Shown here in pieces: positions 1-10,132 of a DNA stretch of 64,000 nt; position 1 is the first letter of the stretch; every line of letters starts with the position of its first letter. The notes beneath the pieces were generated by a model. That model was given only the letters and a program-made list of their open reading frames with translations. It was not told the DNA's origin and did not search any database. Location of the stretch: positions 3,452-67,451 of the forward strand of contig CAZBMF010000001.1 of NCBI GenBank assembly GCA_964492925.1, read 5' to 3'. Source of the DNA: an uncultured Rhizobium sp. GTDB lineage: Bacteria > Bacteroidota > Bacteroidia > NS11-12g > UBA955. The position numbers and the translations under genes are program-made.

Positions 1-27
1 TTTTCCATGTTATTGACTGGTTTTTAA

Positions 28-3000
28 TCAGTTAGATTTAGTTAAATTTAAGTAAACAGCTTCCTCATTTACATCTGTTTCGTGGGTTTTACACCCACTA
101 TCAAAGGCAATTTCGGTTGCAAGAACTTCACTGCAAATATACGCGTTAAATTCTTTTACGCTGATGTTAAGTTGTTCAGAGCCAGAATATTCAACTTTGA
201 TTTTGTCGGTTACTTCAAAACCTAAGTCTTTTCTTAAATTCTGAATTCTGTTTACCAATTCTCTGGCCATGCCTTCCTGCATCAAACTTTCTGTAATGGT
301 AATATCCAAAGCCACAGTGGTGTCGCCCTCCGATGTTACCAACCATCCCGGCATGTCTTGAGTCAAAATATCTACATCCACTGCATTTAATGTGAATGTT
401 TCATTGTTCAACAAAACATCAATTTTACCATTCACTTCAATCTCGCGAATTTGCTCTTGCGTGAAGGCTTCTATGATGGCCGACATTGCTTTCATGTGTG
501 GACCCAAGATTTTCCCCAGTGTTTTAAAATTAGGCTTTATCTTCTTAACCAGTAATGCGTTATCAGCGTCGATGTATTCAATTTCTTTCACATTTACTTC
601 ACTCTTGATCAAATCGGCAACATGGTCTATTTGAGACTTCATTTGCGGACTTAACGCCGGAATGAGCATTTTTTGCAGTGGTTGACGAACCTTGATTTTT
701 TCTTTCTTTCTGAGGGACAATACTAAGCTACAAACGGTTTGTGCTCTCTGCATTTGCATTTCAAGTTCAGTTTGAATGTAACTTGAATTTACAGCTGGCC
801 AATTGGTTAAATGGACTGATTTAGGAGCTTTGTTTTCAGCAATAATTGGCGCATTTAGGTTGCGGTATAACCAATCTGAGAAGAATGGGCTAATTGGCGA
901 CATCATTCTACAAACAGTGTCGAGGCAAGTGTATAAGGTTTCGTATGCCGCCTGTTTGTCGGCATTCATTTCACCTTTCCAAAATACCCTGCGAGATAAA
1001 CGAACGTACCAGTTGCTCAGTTGCTCACTAACGAATTCTTCAATGGCTCTTGCTGCTTTCGTAGGATCGTAATCGTCTAAGGCATCCGTAACTTCCAATA
1101 CCAATGAGTTGAGTTTACTTAAGATCCATCTGTCTAATTCTGAACGACTTTCAACTGGAGTTTGGTGATTTTCGCGGAAAATAAACTGATCAATATTTGC
1201 ATAAATCGCAAAGAAACTATAGGTATTGTAAAGTGTTCCCAAGAATTTCCTTTGAGATTCTACAACACCATCAGTGTCGAATTTCAAGTTATCCCAAGGT
1301 TGAGAATTGGTAGACATATACCAACGCAGTGCATCGGCTCCGTATTTCTCAACTGTTTCGAATGGATCAACGGCATTTCCTAAGCGTTTGCTCATTTTAT
1401 TGCCGTTTTTGTCTAACACCAATCCATTGGCAATCACATTTTTGAAGGCAACTTCATCAAACAACATTACACCAATGGCGTGAAGTGTAAAGAACCATCC
1501 GCGTGTTTGATCCACTCCTTCTGCAATGAAATCGGCAGGGAAATTCTTTTCAAAAATATCTTTGTTTTCAAATGGCCAATGCCATTGTGCATAAGGCATT
1601 GCTCCACTATCGAACCAAACGTCAATTAAATCTGTTTCACGGGTCATTGGTTTTCCTGAAGGACTCACCAAAGTAATACGGTCAACATACGGACGGTGCA
1701 AATCTAACGTTGCTTCATCTGGATTTTGATTGAGGTTTAATGTGGTATTTGCTTTTAAAATCTCAGATTTTAATTCTTCAATACTGCCAATACAAATTTC
1801 TTCAGAACCGTCTTCGGTTCTCCAAATTGGCAATGGGGTTCCCCAAAATCTTGAACGGCTCAAATTCCAATCCACTAAGTTCTCTAACCAGTTGCCAAAA
1901 CGGCCTTCACCGGTACTTTTTGGCTTCCAGTTGATGGTTTTATTGAGTTCAACCAAACGGTCTTTAACAGCGGTAGTTTTGATGAACCAACTTTCGAGAG
2001 GGTAGTATAAAATAGGCTTGTCGGTTCTCCAACAATGAGGGTAAGTATGTTCGTATTTTTCTACTTTGAACGCTTTATTTTCGGTTTTAAGTTTGATGGA
2101 AATTCTCTCATCAACGCTTAGATATTTATCGCGGCCTTGTTTTTTCGTTTCCTCAGCTTTTTCTTCTTCTGTGAGGTAGGCTTCTTTTACGAATTCATTT
2201 GCAAAATCGGTCACACACTCAAGGAAACGACCTTTTTTATCAACCAAAGTGAGGGCACCTATGCCATTTTCTTTGGCGGTTCTAAAGTCATCTGCACCAA
2301 AACTAGGGGCAATATGTACAATACCAGTACCATCTTCAGTGCTCACAAAATCTCCAATTACCACTTTAAATGCATCGCCGGAATCAGGTTGTGCATAGGG
2401 CAATAATTGTTCGTAACGTGCACCAGCAAGGTCTTTACCCAAGGTGGTTTTCAAAATTTTCCAAGGGATATTTTTTTGGCCGGTAGTATATCCCTCAAAA
2501 TCACCATTCTCATTTTCTGCTGAGAAGTATTTTCCTTTAAGGGCATCTGCAATTGTTACAACAATTGGCGCTCCGGTGTATTGGTTAAAAGTTTGAATAT
2601 CAACGTATTCTATTTTTTCACCAACAGCCAATGCAGTATTACTTGGTAAGGTCCACGGGGTGGTTGTCCAAGCCAAGAAGTATTCATTTTCCGTATTAAC
2701 CTTTTTGAATTGGGCCACAATGGTGGTATCTTTTACATTTTGGTAAGTACCGGGTTGGTTAAGTTCATGAGAACTCAAACCAGTTCCAGCCGCTGGTGAA
2801 AACGGTTGAATGGTATATCCTTTATACAAAAATCCTTTTTTGTGCAATTGTTGTAGCAAATGCCAAAGGGTTTCAATGTAGTTGTTTTCGTAGGTGATGT
2901 ATGGATCATTTAAGTCAACCCAAAATCCAATACGGTGTGTAAGTTCATCCCATTTATCTTTGAACATGAGAACGTCGGTTCTACATTCTTTGTTGTAGTC

Positions 3001-3339
3001 TTCGAGGGATATTTTGGTACCAATATCTTCTTTTCTGATGCCCAAACGTTTTTCCACTTGCAATTCAATAGGCAATCCATGGGTATCCCAACCAGCTTTT
3101 CTAGCAACTCTGTACCCTTGAAGGGTTTTGTAGCGACAAAAAATATCTTTCATGGCGCGTGCCATTACGTGGTGAATACCAGGCATACCGTTTGCGGAAG
3201 GAGGACCTTCGAAAAAGGTGAAAGGTTGATTTTCTGGGCGTTGGTCAACGCTTAATTGAAAGATATTGTGAGAATCCCAGAACTCAAGGATTTCTTTTTC
3301 AATCTCAGGCCAATTAAGGTTTTTAAGGGTTGAATACAT
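28..3339 (-). CDS. ileS: Isoleucine--tRNA ligase (long, type-2 IleRS)
   Basis: 1103 aa ORF. N-terminal class I aaRS HIGH-region context 'PPSANGMPGIHHVMARAMKD' and a KMSKR-like 'KMSKRLGN'. Length and domain order are typical of Bacteroidota IleRS. Confidence 0.95.
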   Translation of the reverse strand: MYSTLKNLNWPEIEKEILEFWDSHNIFQLSVDQRPENQPFTFFEGPPSANGMPGIHHVMARAMKDIFCRYKTLQGYRVARKAGWDTHGLPIELQVEKRLGIRKEDIGTKISLEDYNKECRTDVLMFKDKWDELTHRIGFWVDLNDPYITYENNYIETLWHLLQQLHKKGFLYKGYTIQPFSPAAGTGLSSHELNQPGTYQNVKDTTIVAQFKKVNTENEYFLAWTTTPWTLPSNTALAVGEKIEYVDIQTFNQYTGAPIVVTIADALKGKYFSAENENGDFEGYTTGQKNIPWKILKTTLGKDLAGARYEQLLPYAQPDSGDAFKVVIGDFVSTEDGTGIVHIAPSFGADDFRTAKENGIGALTLVDKKGRFLECVTDFANEFVKEAYLTEEEKAEETKKQGRDKYLSVDERISIKLKTENKAFKVEKYEHTYPHCWRTDKPILYYPLESWFIKTTAVKDRLVELNKTINWKPKSTGEGRFGNWLENLVDWNLSRSRFWGTPLPIWRTEDGSEEICIGSIEELKSEILKANTTLNLNQNPDEATLDLHRPYVDRITLVSPSGKPMTRETDLIDVWFDSGAMPYAQWHWPFENKDIFEKNFPADFIAEGVDQTRGWFFTLHAIGVMLFDEVAFKNVIANGLVLDKNGNKMSKRLGNAVDPFETVEKYGADALRWYMSTNSQPWDNLKFDTDGVVESQRKFLGTLYNTYSFFAIYANIDQFIFRENHQTPVESRSELDRWILSKLNSLVLEVTDALDDYDPTKAARAIEEFVSEQLSNWYVRLSRRVFWKGEMNADKQAAYETLYTCLDTVCRMMSPISPFFSDWLYRNLNAPIIAENKAPKSVHLTNWPAVNSSYIQTELEMQMQRAQTVCSLVLSLRKKEKIKVRQPLQKMLIPALSPQMKSQIDHVADLIKSEVNVKEIEYIDADNALLVKKIKPNFKTLGKILGPHMKAMSAIIEAFTQEQIREIEVNGKIDVLLNNETFTLNAVDVDILTQDMPGWLVTSEGDTTVALDITITESLMQEGMARELVNRIQNLRKDLGFEVTDKIKVEYSGSEQLNISVKEFNAYICSEVLATEIAFDSGCKTHETDVNEEAVYLNLTKSN

Positions 3340-3402
3340 GGATAAACTGAATTAAATGAATAAAGGTGCAAAAATAGGCGATTTTTACATGAGTAGCAAA
3401 AG

Positions 3403-3431
3403 AAAAGGGGTGCATTGTTTGCACCCCTTTA
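3403..3431 (-). terminator. Rho-independent terminator hairpin downstream of the 3457..4971 gene (may act in both directions)
   Basis: Inverted repeat aaggggtgca-ttgtt-tgcacccctt, followed on the minus strand by a T-rich run (cttttcttttgc). Confidence 0.5.
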
Positions 3432-3456
3432 ATAACAGTATATAAATACGTTAAGA

Positions 3457-4971
3457 TTATTCGATAATCAATTTTTTGGTTCCGGTACCATTGTCAAATT
3501 GCATTTGAACAACGTATAAACCAGTAGGCAAATTTAAGTTGTATACATTATGGTTTCCAGTAACAACTAATTTTTGAACCAATCTGCCGTTCATGTCGAA
3601 AATTTGAGCAGTTCTTAATTTGTTGTTTTCCCAGTTGTTGTGAATCACCAAATGATTTTTGGTTGGGTTAGGAGCAATGGTTACATTAGAACCTAAGTTT
3701 TTATCTTCAACACCAACACTTGCAACCAAACCTAAAGTAACTGCAATACGAGGAGCCAAGAAGTGCTGCAAAGTATCGATATGCAACAATGCACGGTTTT
3801 TGCTCATGTATGGGTTAGCAGCTTTTGCACCACCTAAAATTACAGGAACGTTATAGTATTGAGGAGGCAACATTTTAATTTTGTTTGTATCCCACCATTC
3901 GTAAGGACCAGATGCATTCAACATGCCAACAACAGGGTAAAGACCATCAATACCTTCGTTGAAAACATTTGCCGCACGGGTGTAATCGTCCATTACTTTT
4001 CCTTTGTAAGGAGCAGTGTTTCCTAAACGTTGGCAACGTGCCATAACATCATGACCACCAGAAACTTCAACAACTTGAAGGGTTGTTCCGGGTACGTTTA
4101 CCATACCTGTAGTATATGGAGCAAATGGATCATAAACAGAATGTGACCAGATCAATGGAATTTCACCAGCTTCCATCCAAGAACTATCTCCCAACGCACC
4201 ACCAATTGCAAAAGCAACTTGAGCATTCGAAGTGTGACCTGGAGTATTTGCCATGTTGAATCCAGGGTATCCACCGAAACCGAATCGGTTACCCCAAATT
4301 GTATCGTTTACAAATACAGCACCAGTAGCTGGATCTCTGAATTTTGCAATTTTGATTTCGCTTTGCTTATCGATTGATGCAAAAGCAGATGTAATATAAG
4401 AACCAGTTCCTTGACCACCAGCACAAATTTTGCTGGTGTCTACGTCAAAAGTATTGCCAAAAGAAGCTACATTAGATTTGAACCAACGGATACAAGAACC
4501 CAAATCTTGAACACCTTTGTATGCTGCGTTGATAATGGTAGATCTACGAACGTTTTCATCTTGGGATGTTGGATTCCAACCTTGTCTGTAAGTAATGCTT
4601 GCCACTACATAACCTTTTTGAGCAAATTGACGACACATTTCAACTGTTGCGCTGTCATCTTTTGCACCAACAGGTGAATTGTTGATGTAGCGAGGTAGGA
4701 AGCTACCGGTGTGTAAATAAATAATCAATGGACGATTTTTTGAACCATCGTTTGGAGCATAAATGTCCATTTTCAATGATTCAAGTTTGAATTGTGGACC
4801 CGGTTTGGTTGTGTCGATGTCACCATACAATACTGTATAGTTTTGAGCATAAGTGACATTCTGAGTTTCAGAGATTTGAGAACGATTTAGTACGTTGTCA
4901 ACAAATCTTGTTTGAGCGTTTGCACAAATCGCTGTTAACGTAAGTGATAACAGAAGTAATTGTTTTTTCAT
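3457..4971 (-). CDS. Secreted alpha/beta-hydrolase-like protein (putative esterase) with a T9SS C-terminal sorting domain
   Basis: N-terminal signal peptide (MKKQLLLLSLTLTAICANAQ). HGG-like 'IIYLHTGSF' oxyanion-type motif. C-terminal ~80 aa beta-sandwich tail (...IFDMNGRLVQKL...GLYVVQMQF...KKLIIE) typical of the type A Por/T9SS CTD. Confidence 0.6.
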   Translation of the reverse strand: MKKQLLLLSLTLTAICANAQTRFVDNVLNRSQISETQNVTYAQNYTVLYGDIDTTKPGPQFKLESLKMDIYAPNDGSKNRPLIIYLHTGSFLPRYINNSPVGAKDDSATVEMCRQFAQKGYVVASITYRQGWNPTSQDENVRRSTIINAAYKGVQDLGSCIRWFKSNVASFGNTFDVDTSKICAGGQGTGSYITSAFASIDKQSEIKIAKFRDPATGAVFVNDTIWGNRFGFGGYPGFNMANTPGHTSNAQVAFAIGGALGDSSWMEAGEIPLIWSHSVYDPFAPYTTGMVNVPGTTLQVVEVSGGHDVMARCQRLGNTAPYKGKVMDDYTRAANVFNEGIDGLYPVVGMLNASGPYEWWDTNKIKMLPPQYYNVPVILGGAKAANPYMSKNRALLHIDTLQHFLAPRIAVTLGLVASVGVEDKNLGSNVTIAPNPTKNHLVIHNNWENNKLRTAQIFDMNGRLVQKLVVTGNHNVYNLNLPTGLYVVQMQFDNGTGTKKLIIE

Positions 4972-5038
4972 ATAGATTAGTTTGATAATGTTTGTGTTAA
5001 ATTATAACAAATGTATTCTTTAAATTTTAAATATCAAG

Positions 5039-7909
5039 TTACTTTTTTAAGTTATTTTTAATGTCGGTGTAAGAAATATCAAATAAGAAACTTACATAGG
5101 CCATTCTTCCAATTCTAGGACCGCCATAAACTTGTAAAGCCATGTTATTGGTTAAGTTGGAAGCGCCTAGCTTGATTTGTGCATGATATTTTGGAAGTTC
5201 TTTAGACACCATTGCATCAATCATCCAATAGGTTGGCACATCTCCTGTAAATTGTGGAGATCCCTCGTAAACAAATCCTTCAATCCATTTGAAATTGATG
5301 TTAAACGATACATTTTTGATCTTTTTATACTCCAATTGTGAACCACCCAAACTAATGTTGAATTTGTTTTTTGGGGTGTTAAACGCAGGAATAATTGGGT
5401 CAGAATTGTCTTTTTTATTCAATTGGTTGAAAGAATAGTTGAATCCAAAGGTGTATTTTTCTTTGAAAAAATAGTTCATACCAATAGAAGCACCTACGGT
5501 GGTTACCGTTGTTTTGGCATTTGTGGCAATACGATATACTTGTCCCCCAACAATTTCATTTGTCAAAATGTTGTTGAATTTAGGGTCGAAACCAATTTTA
5601 TAGCCTATAAAGTCTTCATAATAAGAATAATACGTACTCAAATCAACATTAATTTTATTGTTAAACAGGAAGGATTTATAACCAAATTCAATACTCTTCA
5701 CCTTTTCGGGTCTAACCGGATCTACGCTGAAATAATTGAGTTTTTTGATATCTTTAATCGGATCTAAGAAGTAATCACTCAACGAAGAAAGCGTCACCAA
5801 GTTGCTGTAACCAGAGATATTACCCAAAAGAATCGCACGACCTACGTTGTAATACAAATATTGATCGGCGAGGGTTGGATTTCTCACACCGCTGGTTAAA
5901 GAAAGTCTGTAATATGTGGTTTTGTCTGGCGTATAAACTGCCGAGAAAGCAGGAGAGTATATAAAAGGGAAATTGATATTTTTGTCTACCCTCAACGTTG
6001 CATTTAGCTTCAATTTGTCTTGAAAAGATTTGTTTTCGTAACCGGTATAAGCACCTGCCTCACTATTTTGAATGACACGCCCGTTGGTATCCGAAAAAAT
6101 GGTACCTTGGGTATTGGGTCTGTACAATCGTCCGTTCATACCCATCACAAGAATATTTCTTTTGTTGATGTTGAAACGGTGTTCTGCTTGTGCATGAAAC
6201 AAAGCACTTTTATCAAAGAAACCACTCCCTCCTTCACCAAAACTCTTTCTGTTGGTGATATCGTTTTTCAGTGAATCAAACCTAGAGGTACCCACTTCAT
6301 ATCTATCGTAGGTAGCGGTATTGTGCGGTCTACCTTGGAAATTCGTCCATTTGTTGGCAATTTTTCTACATTCGTCTTGCCATTGTTTGATCAAATCTTT
6401 GTTGTTATTGATCACCATGTTTACACTATCGGCAAACAATTTTGGGTTTTGAAAAGGGAAAATAACAGGGTAACCAGCAAGTTTTTTCACTTTGTTGGCA
6501 TATAAAGTTTTCCAAGCACTTTGGTAATCACCACCCCACAAATCAGAAGCTTTTGATTTTTGTTGGAGGATAAGGGCTGTGAACACTGCATCATAAGTAT
6601 TGCCTGCATCTTCTTGAGTTGCGTAAATTCTTACAAATCCGTTTTTGTGCTTGAATTCAAATCGATTTTGCCAAAAACGAATATCGTTCAAGCTGTAACG
6701 GTTATCGCCTTGATAAACCGTTGTTCCCATCCCGAAATTGGTTTGGTAGATAAATTCCAACGATTTGTTTTTGAAAGGCTTTGCTGCCAAAGTAAACGAT
6801 GATTTTAAATTGTATGTATTGTAATCTACGATGTCTTTTTCCCAATAACCTTCGCGGTAAAATTGTCCCAATCCTGGGAAGTCAAACATTCCCGACAAAG
6901 AAGTTTTATTGTATTCACCAGGACCTGGGATTTCGTCGCCATAACGGTTTACGGCGTCATAACCGCCGGGGTTGCTAGCATTGTGCAGGGTTCCTTTAAC
7001 GGGGTCTTGGTTATTGGCCTCCCAATCGTAGGCTTTCATGTAATAAAAATTGGCTTTGATTGCAATTAAATCACGGCCTTTTTTGGATTTGAAAACATGG
7101 GCATAGCGCAAAGCATTCTCCATTAATTGTCGCTCGCCAACTTTAAATTTATAACTAAATCCAGGTGTTTTCCATGGATCTTTTGTGGTAATGCTGATTA
7201 CGCCGTTAAAGGCACCGGGACCATAAAATGCCGAACTAGCTCCCACAACAATTTCTTGGTTGTTTACATCAAGTTCAGATGCCCCCAGGAAATTGCCCAG
7301 TGAAAAATTGAGTCCCGGACTTTGGTTGTCAACCCCGTCAATGATTTGTAGGGTTCTTACTGGTGACGTAGAGTTAAAACCGCGTGTATTTACAATACGG
7401 AAGCCCAAACTTGCAGCGGTCACATCAACTCCTTTTAAATGCCCAAGGGCCTCATAAAAGTCGGAAGCTGGGGTCTCTTTGATACTTTGAGAGGTCATAC
7501 TTTCAACTGTAAGTGGTGATTCTTTGAGTTTTTCTTTGAGTCTATTTTGTTTGATATTGACTACATTGATTTTCTGAACATCGAGCGATAAATTGATGTT
7601 CCACGGATTTTCTCCGGTGTATATAATGTCGAAGGTTTCTCCTTGAACATTCACTGAAAATTTAGATTGATTGGCGGGCTTACCGGGAAGGGTAAATTCA
7701 CCGTATTCATTAGATTCTGCAACAACTTCACCGGAAGAAATTAATGTTGAAATGCCATTGTTTTCCAAAAAAATTCGTTCGCTTGCTATAATACTAGCTG
7801 AAATCCCTTTTTGGGTAGATTTATCAATTATTTTACCGGCAACTGAAGTTTGCGCAAATAAGGGTGAAAAACTAACTGAAATAAGAAGGAAAAGTAATCT
7901 TCTAATCAT
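5039..7909 (-). CDS. TonB-dependent-receptor-like outer-membrane beta-barrel protein with an N-terminal carboxypeptidase-regulatory-like domain
   Basis: Signal peptide starting at MIRRLLFLLISVSFSPLFAQT; this internal Met is preferred to the ORF-track start at 7984. Plug-domain-like segment 'QIIDGV...GASSAFYGPGAFNGVISITTKDP'. Long beta-rich C-terminus ending in an aromatic residue. Confidence 0.7.
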   Translation of the reverse strand: MIRRLLFLLISVSFSPLFAQTSVAGKIIDKSTQKGISASIIASERIFLENNGISTLISSGEVVAESNEYGEFTLPGKPANQSKFSVNVQGETFDIIYTGENPWNINLSLDVQKINVVNIKQNRLKEKLKESPLTVESMTSQSIKETPASDFYEALGHLKGVDVTAASLGFRIVNTRGFNSTSPVRTLQIIDGVDNQSPGLNFSLGNFLGASELDVNNQEIVVGASSAFYGPGAFNGVISITTKDPWKTPGFSYKFKVGERQLMENALRYAHVFKSKKGRDLIAIKANFYYMKAYDWEANNQDPVKGTLHNASNPGGYDAVNRYGDEIPGPGEYNKTSLSGMFDFPGLGQFYREGYWEKDIVDYNTYNLKSSFTLAAKPFKNKSLEFIYQTNFGMGTTVYQGDNRYSLNDIRFWQNRFEFKHKNGFVRIYATQEDAGNTYDAVFTALILQQKSKASDLWGGDYQSAWKTLYANKVKKLAGYPVIFPFQNPKLFADSVNMVINNNKDLIKQWQDECRKIANKWTNFQGRPHNTATYDRYEVGTSRFDSLKNDITNRKSFGEGGSGFFDKSALFHAQAEHRFNINKRNILVMGMNGRLYRPNTQGTIFSDTNGRVIQNSEAGAYTGYENKSFQDKLKLNATLRVDKNINFPFIYSPAFSAVYTPDKTTYYRLSLTSGVRNPTLADQYLYYNVGRAILLGNISGYSNLVTLSSLSDYFLDPIKDIKKLNYFSVDPVRPEKVKSIEFGYKSFLFNNKINVDLSTYYSYYEDFIGYKIGFDPKFNNILTNEIVGGQVYRIATNAKTTVTTVGASIGMNYFFKEKYTFGFNYSFNQLNKKDNSDPIIPAFNTPKNKFNISLGGSQLEYKKIKNVSFNINFKWIEGFVYEGSPQFTGDVPTYWMIDAMVSKELPKYHAQIKLGASNLTNNMALQVYGGPRIGRMAYVSFLFDISYTDIKNNLKK

Positions 7910-8036
7910 ATATAAATCAAGTGTTAATCGGCGCAAGATAGGGGATTTAAGATGAATATGAAACATCATTTGCGAAACTTGCAAAAATCTATTCTGATTT
8001 AAATCTTAAAAATGCGTAAACTTGCAGTGTAAAATA

Positions 8037-10082
8037 ATGGTGGAAAAAGATGTTCTTTTGAAAGCATGGGATTTGATGCAAACTGCCCGTGCAATGGCTG
8101 CAATTTATGAAGAAAACAGGCCTATTACAAAATATGTACATAGTACTTCAAAAGGACATGAGGCCATCCAAATTGCTGCCGGTTTTCATTTAAAACCGAT
8201 TGATTTTGTGTATCCATATTACCGCGATGAAAGCATGCTTTTATCGATGGGAATGAAGCCTAAAGAATTGATGTTGCAATTGTTGGCAAAGGCCGACGAT
8301 CCTTTTAGTGGTGGTAGAACTTACTATGCTCACCCATCCCTCAAAAGACCAGATATGCCCAAAATGCCGCATCAAAGCAGTGCAACAGGCATGCAGGCCA
8401 TTCCGGCAACAGGGGCTGCCCACGGCATCAAATACTTGGAAGAACAAAATTTAATTACAAGCGCTGAAAAACCAATTGTTTTGGTTTCTTTGGGGGACGG
8501 TTCCGTTACAGAAGGTGAAGTAGCAGAAGCCCTTCAAATGGCTGTTTTACACAAACTTCCTATTTTGTTCTTGATTCAAGACAACGATTGGGGAATTTCA
8601 GCAAGTGGCGATGAAATGCGTGCCATGGATGCATTTGAATACGCTTTAGGATTCAAGGGTTTACGCAGAATTAGAATCAATGGCTCAGATTTCGTGCAGT
8701 GCAACGACGAAATGAAACGCGCCATCGACTTTGTTCGAACAAACAGAGAACCAATGTTGGTTCATGCGAAAGTTCCTTTGTTAGGACATCATACAAGTGG
8801 AGTTAGAAGTGAGTGGTATCGCGATGATTTGGAGAAGCAAATGCGTCAAGATCCTTTGCCAAAATTGGAGCAATTGTTGTTGAGTTTAGCAGAAACTGCT
8901 GATGGGCTCGAGGAAATTACCATTAAAGCTAAAGCCCGCGTATTTGCTGATTTTGAAGAAGCTAAAGCCGCACCAGATCCAGATCCATCTACTTTGTTTG
9001 ATCATGTTGAAGCACCAACTTCAATAACCGAAGAAATTGGCCAACGTTCTCCTGAAGGAAGAGAACCCATTATGATGGTGGATGCTGCACTTTTTGCAGT
9101 AGAGGAAATATTGAAAAAACATCCTGAAGCTTTGTTATATGGACAAGATGTAGGGCATCGTTTGGGGGGGGTGTTTAGAGAAGCGGCAACATTGTCTGAC
9201 AAATACGGCAGAAAACGTATCTTTAATACTCCTATTCAAGAAGCCTATATTGTAGGTAGTACAGCCGGAATGAGCGCTGTTGGTTGTAAACCAATTGTGG
9301 AAATTCAATTTGCTGATTATATCTGGCCAGGTGTGAATCAATTGGTTACAGAATTGTCTAAAAGCTGTTACTTAAGTATGGGTAAATTTCCTGTTGCCAG
9401 CGTTATTAGGATTCCAACTGGTGCTTACGGTGGCGGAGGTCCATACCATTCAGGAACGGTTGAAAGTAGTTTGTTGCCAATTAAAGGGATAAAAATTGCT
9501 TATCCGAGTTCAGCTGCCGATATGAAAGGCTTGATGAAAGCGGCATTTTACGATCCAAACCCTGTGGTTATGTTTGAACATAAAGGTTTGTATTGGAGCA
9601 AAGTTCCGGGAACTGAAATGGCCAAAACACCTGAACCATCTGAAGATTATGTCATTCCGTTTGGTAAAGCACGCATGGTACTTGAATGTTCCGAAGAAGC
9701 TTTAAACAATGGTGAAACAGTGGGGGTTGTAACTTATGGCATGGGCGTGTATTGGGCATTGGCTGCAGCCAAAAAATTGCCCGGTAATGTTGAAATTTTA
9801 GATTTACGTACACTTGCCCCATACGATCAAGAAGCAGTGTATAGTTTGACAAAAAAACATGGTAAAGTATTGGTGCTCACAGAAGAAACCATTACCAATA
9901 GTTTTGCAGAGGCTTTGGCGGGTAGAATAAGCCGCGATTGCTTCAAATACCTTGATGCCCCGGTTCAAACCCTTGGTAGTAAAGATATTCCAGCCGTTCC
10001 ATTGAATATGGGAATGGAAGCCGTGATGCTGCCAAATGCCGACAAAACATACGAAGCTTTGAAAGATTTGCTTGAAAGTTAA
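8037..10082 (+). CDS. Thiamine-diphosphate-dependent 2-oxo-acid dehydrogenase E1 component, alpha and beta subunits fused
   Basis: 686 aa. N-terminal E1-alpha-like region with a TPP-binding 'GDGSVTEGE' context. C-terminal transketolase-like E1-beta region (IFNTPIQEAYIVGSTAGMS...). The ATG at 8037 is preferred to the upstream TTG at 8022. Confidence 0.85.
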   Translation: MVEKDVLLKAWDLMQTARAMAAIYEENRPITKYVHSTSKGHEAIQIAAGFHLKPIDFVYPYYRDESMLLSMGMKPKELMLQLLAKADDPFSGGRTYYAHPSLKRPDMPKMPHQSSATGMQAIPATGAAHGIKYLEEQNLITSAEKPIVLVSLGDGSVTEGEVAEALQMAVLHKLPILFLIQDNDWGISASGDEMRAMDAFEYALGFKGLRRIRINGSDFVQCNDEMKRAIDFVRTNREPMLVHAKVPLLGHHTSGVRSEWYRDDLEKQMRQDPLPKLEQLLLSLAETADGLEEITIKAKARVFADFEEAKAAPDPDPSTLFDHVEAPTSITEEIGQRSPEGREPIMMVDAALFAVEEILKKHPEALLYGQDVGHRLGGVFREAATLSDKYGRKRIFNTPIQEAYIVGSTAGMSAVGCKPIVEIQFADYIWPGVNQLVTELSKSCYLSMGKFPVASVIRIPTGAYGGGGPYHSGTVESSLLPIKGIKIAYPSSAADMKGLMKAAFYDPNPVVMFEHKGLYWSKVPGTEMAKTPEPSEDYVIPFGKARMVLECSEEALNNGETVGVVTYGMGVYWALAAAKKLPGNVEILDLRTLAPYDQEAVYSLTKKHGKVLVLTEETITNSFAEALAGRISRDCFKYLDAPVQTLGSKDIPAVPLNMGMEAVMLPNADKTYEALKDLLES

Positions 10083-10101
10083 TATTTGCAATTTCTGCAA
10101 A
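10083..10101. terminator. Possible bidirectional terminator hairpin between convergent genes
   Basis: Perfect 7-bp inverted repeat atttgca-atttc-tgcaaat followed by a T-rich tract. The stem is AT-rich, so stability is modest. Confidence 0.3.
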
Positions 10102-10132
10102 TAATTTTCACTTTTTCTTTTGCATTTTCCGC

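Noticed and set aside
392-3255. Multiple 60-110 aa ORFs inside or antisense to ileS and other large genes (e.g. 392..634, 803..1072, 2137..2406, 5423..5767, 9804..10100)
   Set aside because: They overlap well-supported long CDSs on the opposite strand or in another frame. Their composition is low-complexity and typical of spurious frames in AT-rich DNA.
7910-7984. Upstream start for the 5039..7984 outer-membrane protein
   Set aside because: A typical signal peptide begins at the internal Met (MIRRLLFLL...AQT). The upstream 25 codons would leave only 37 bp for the divergent promoters.
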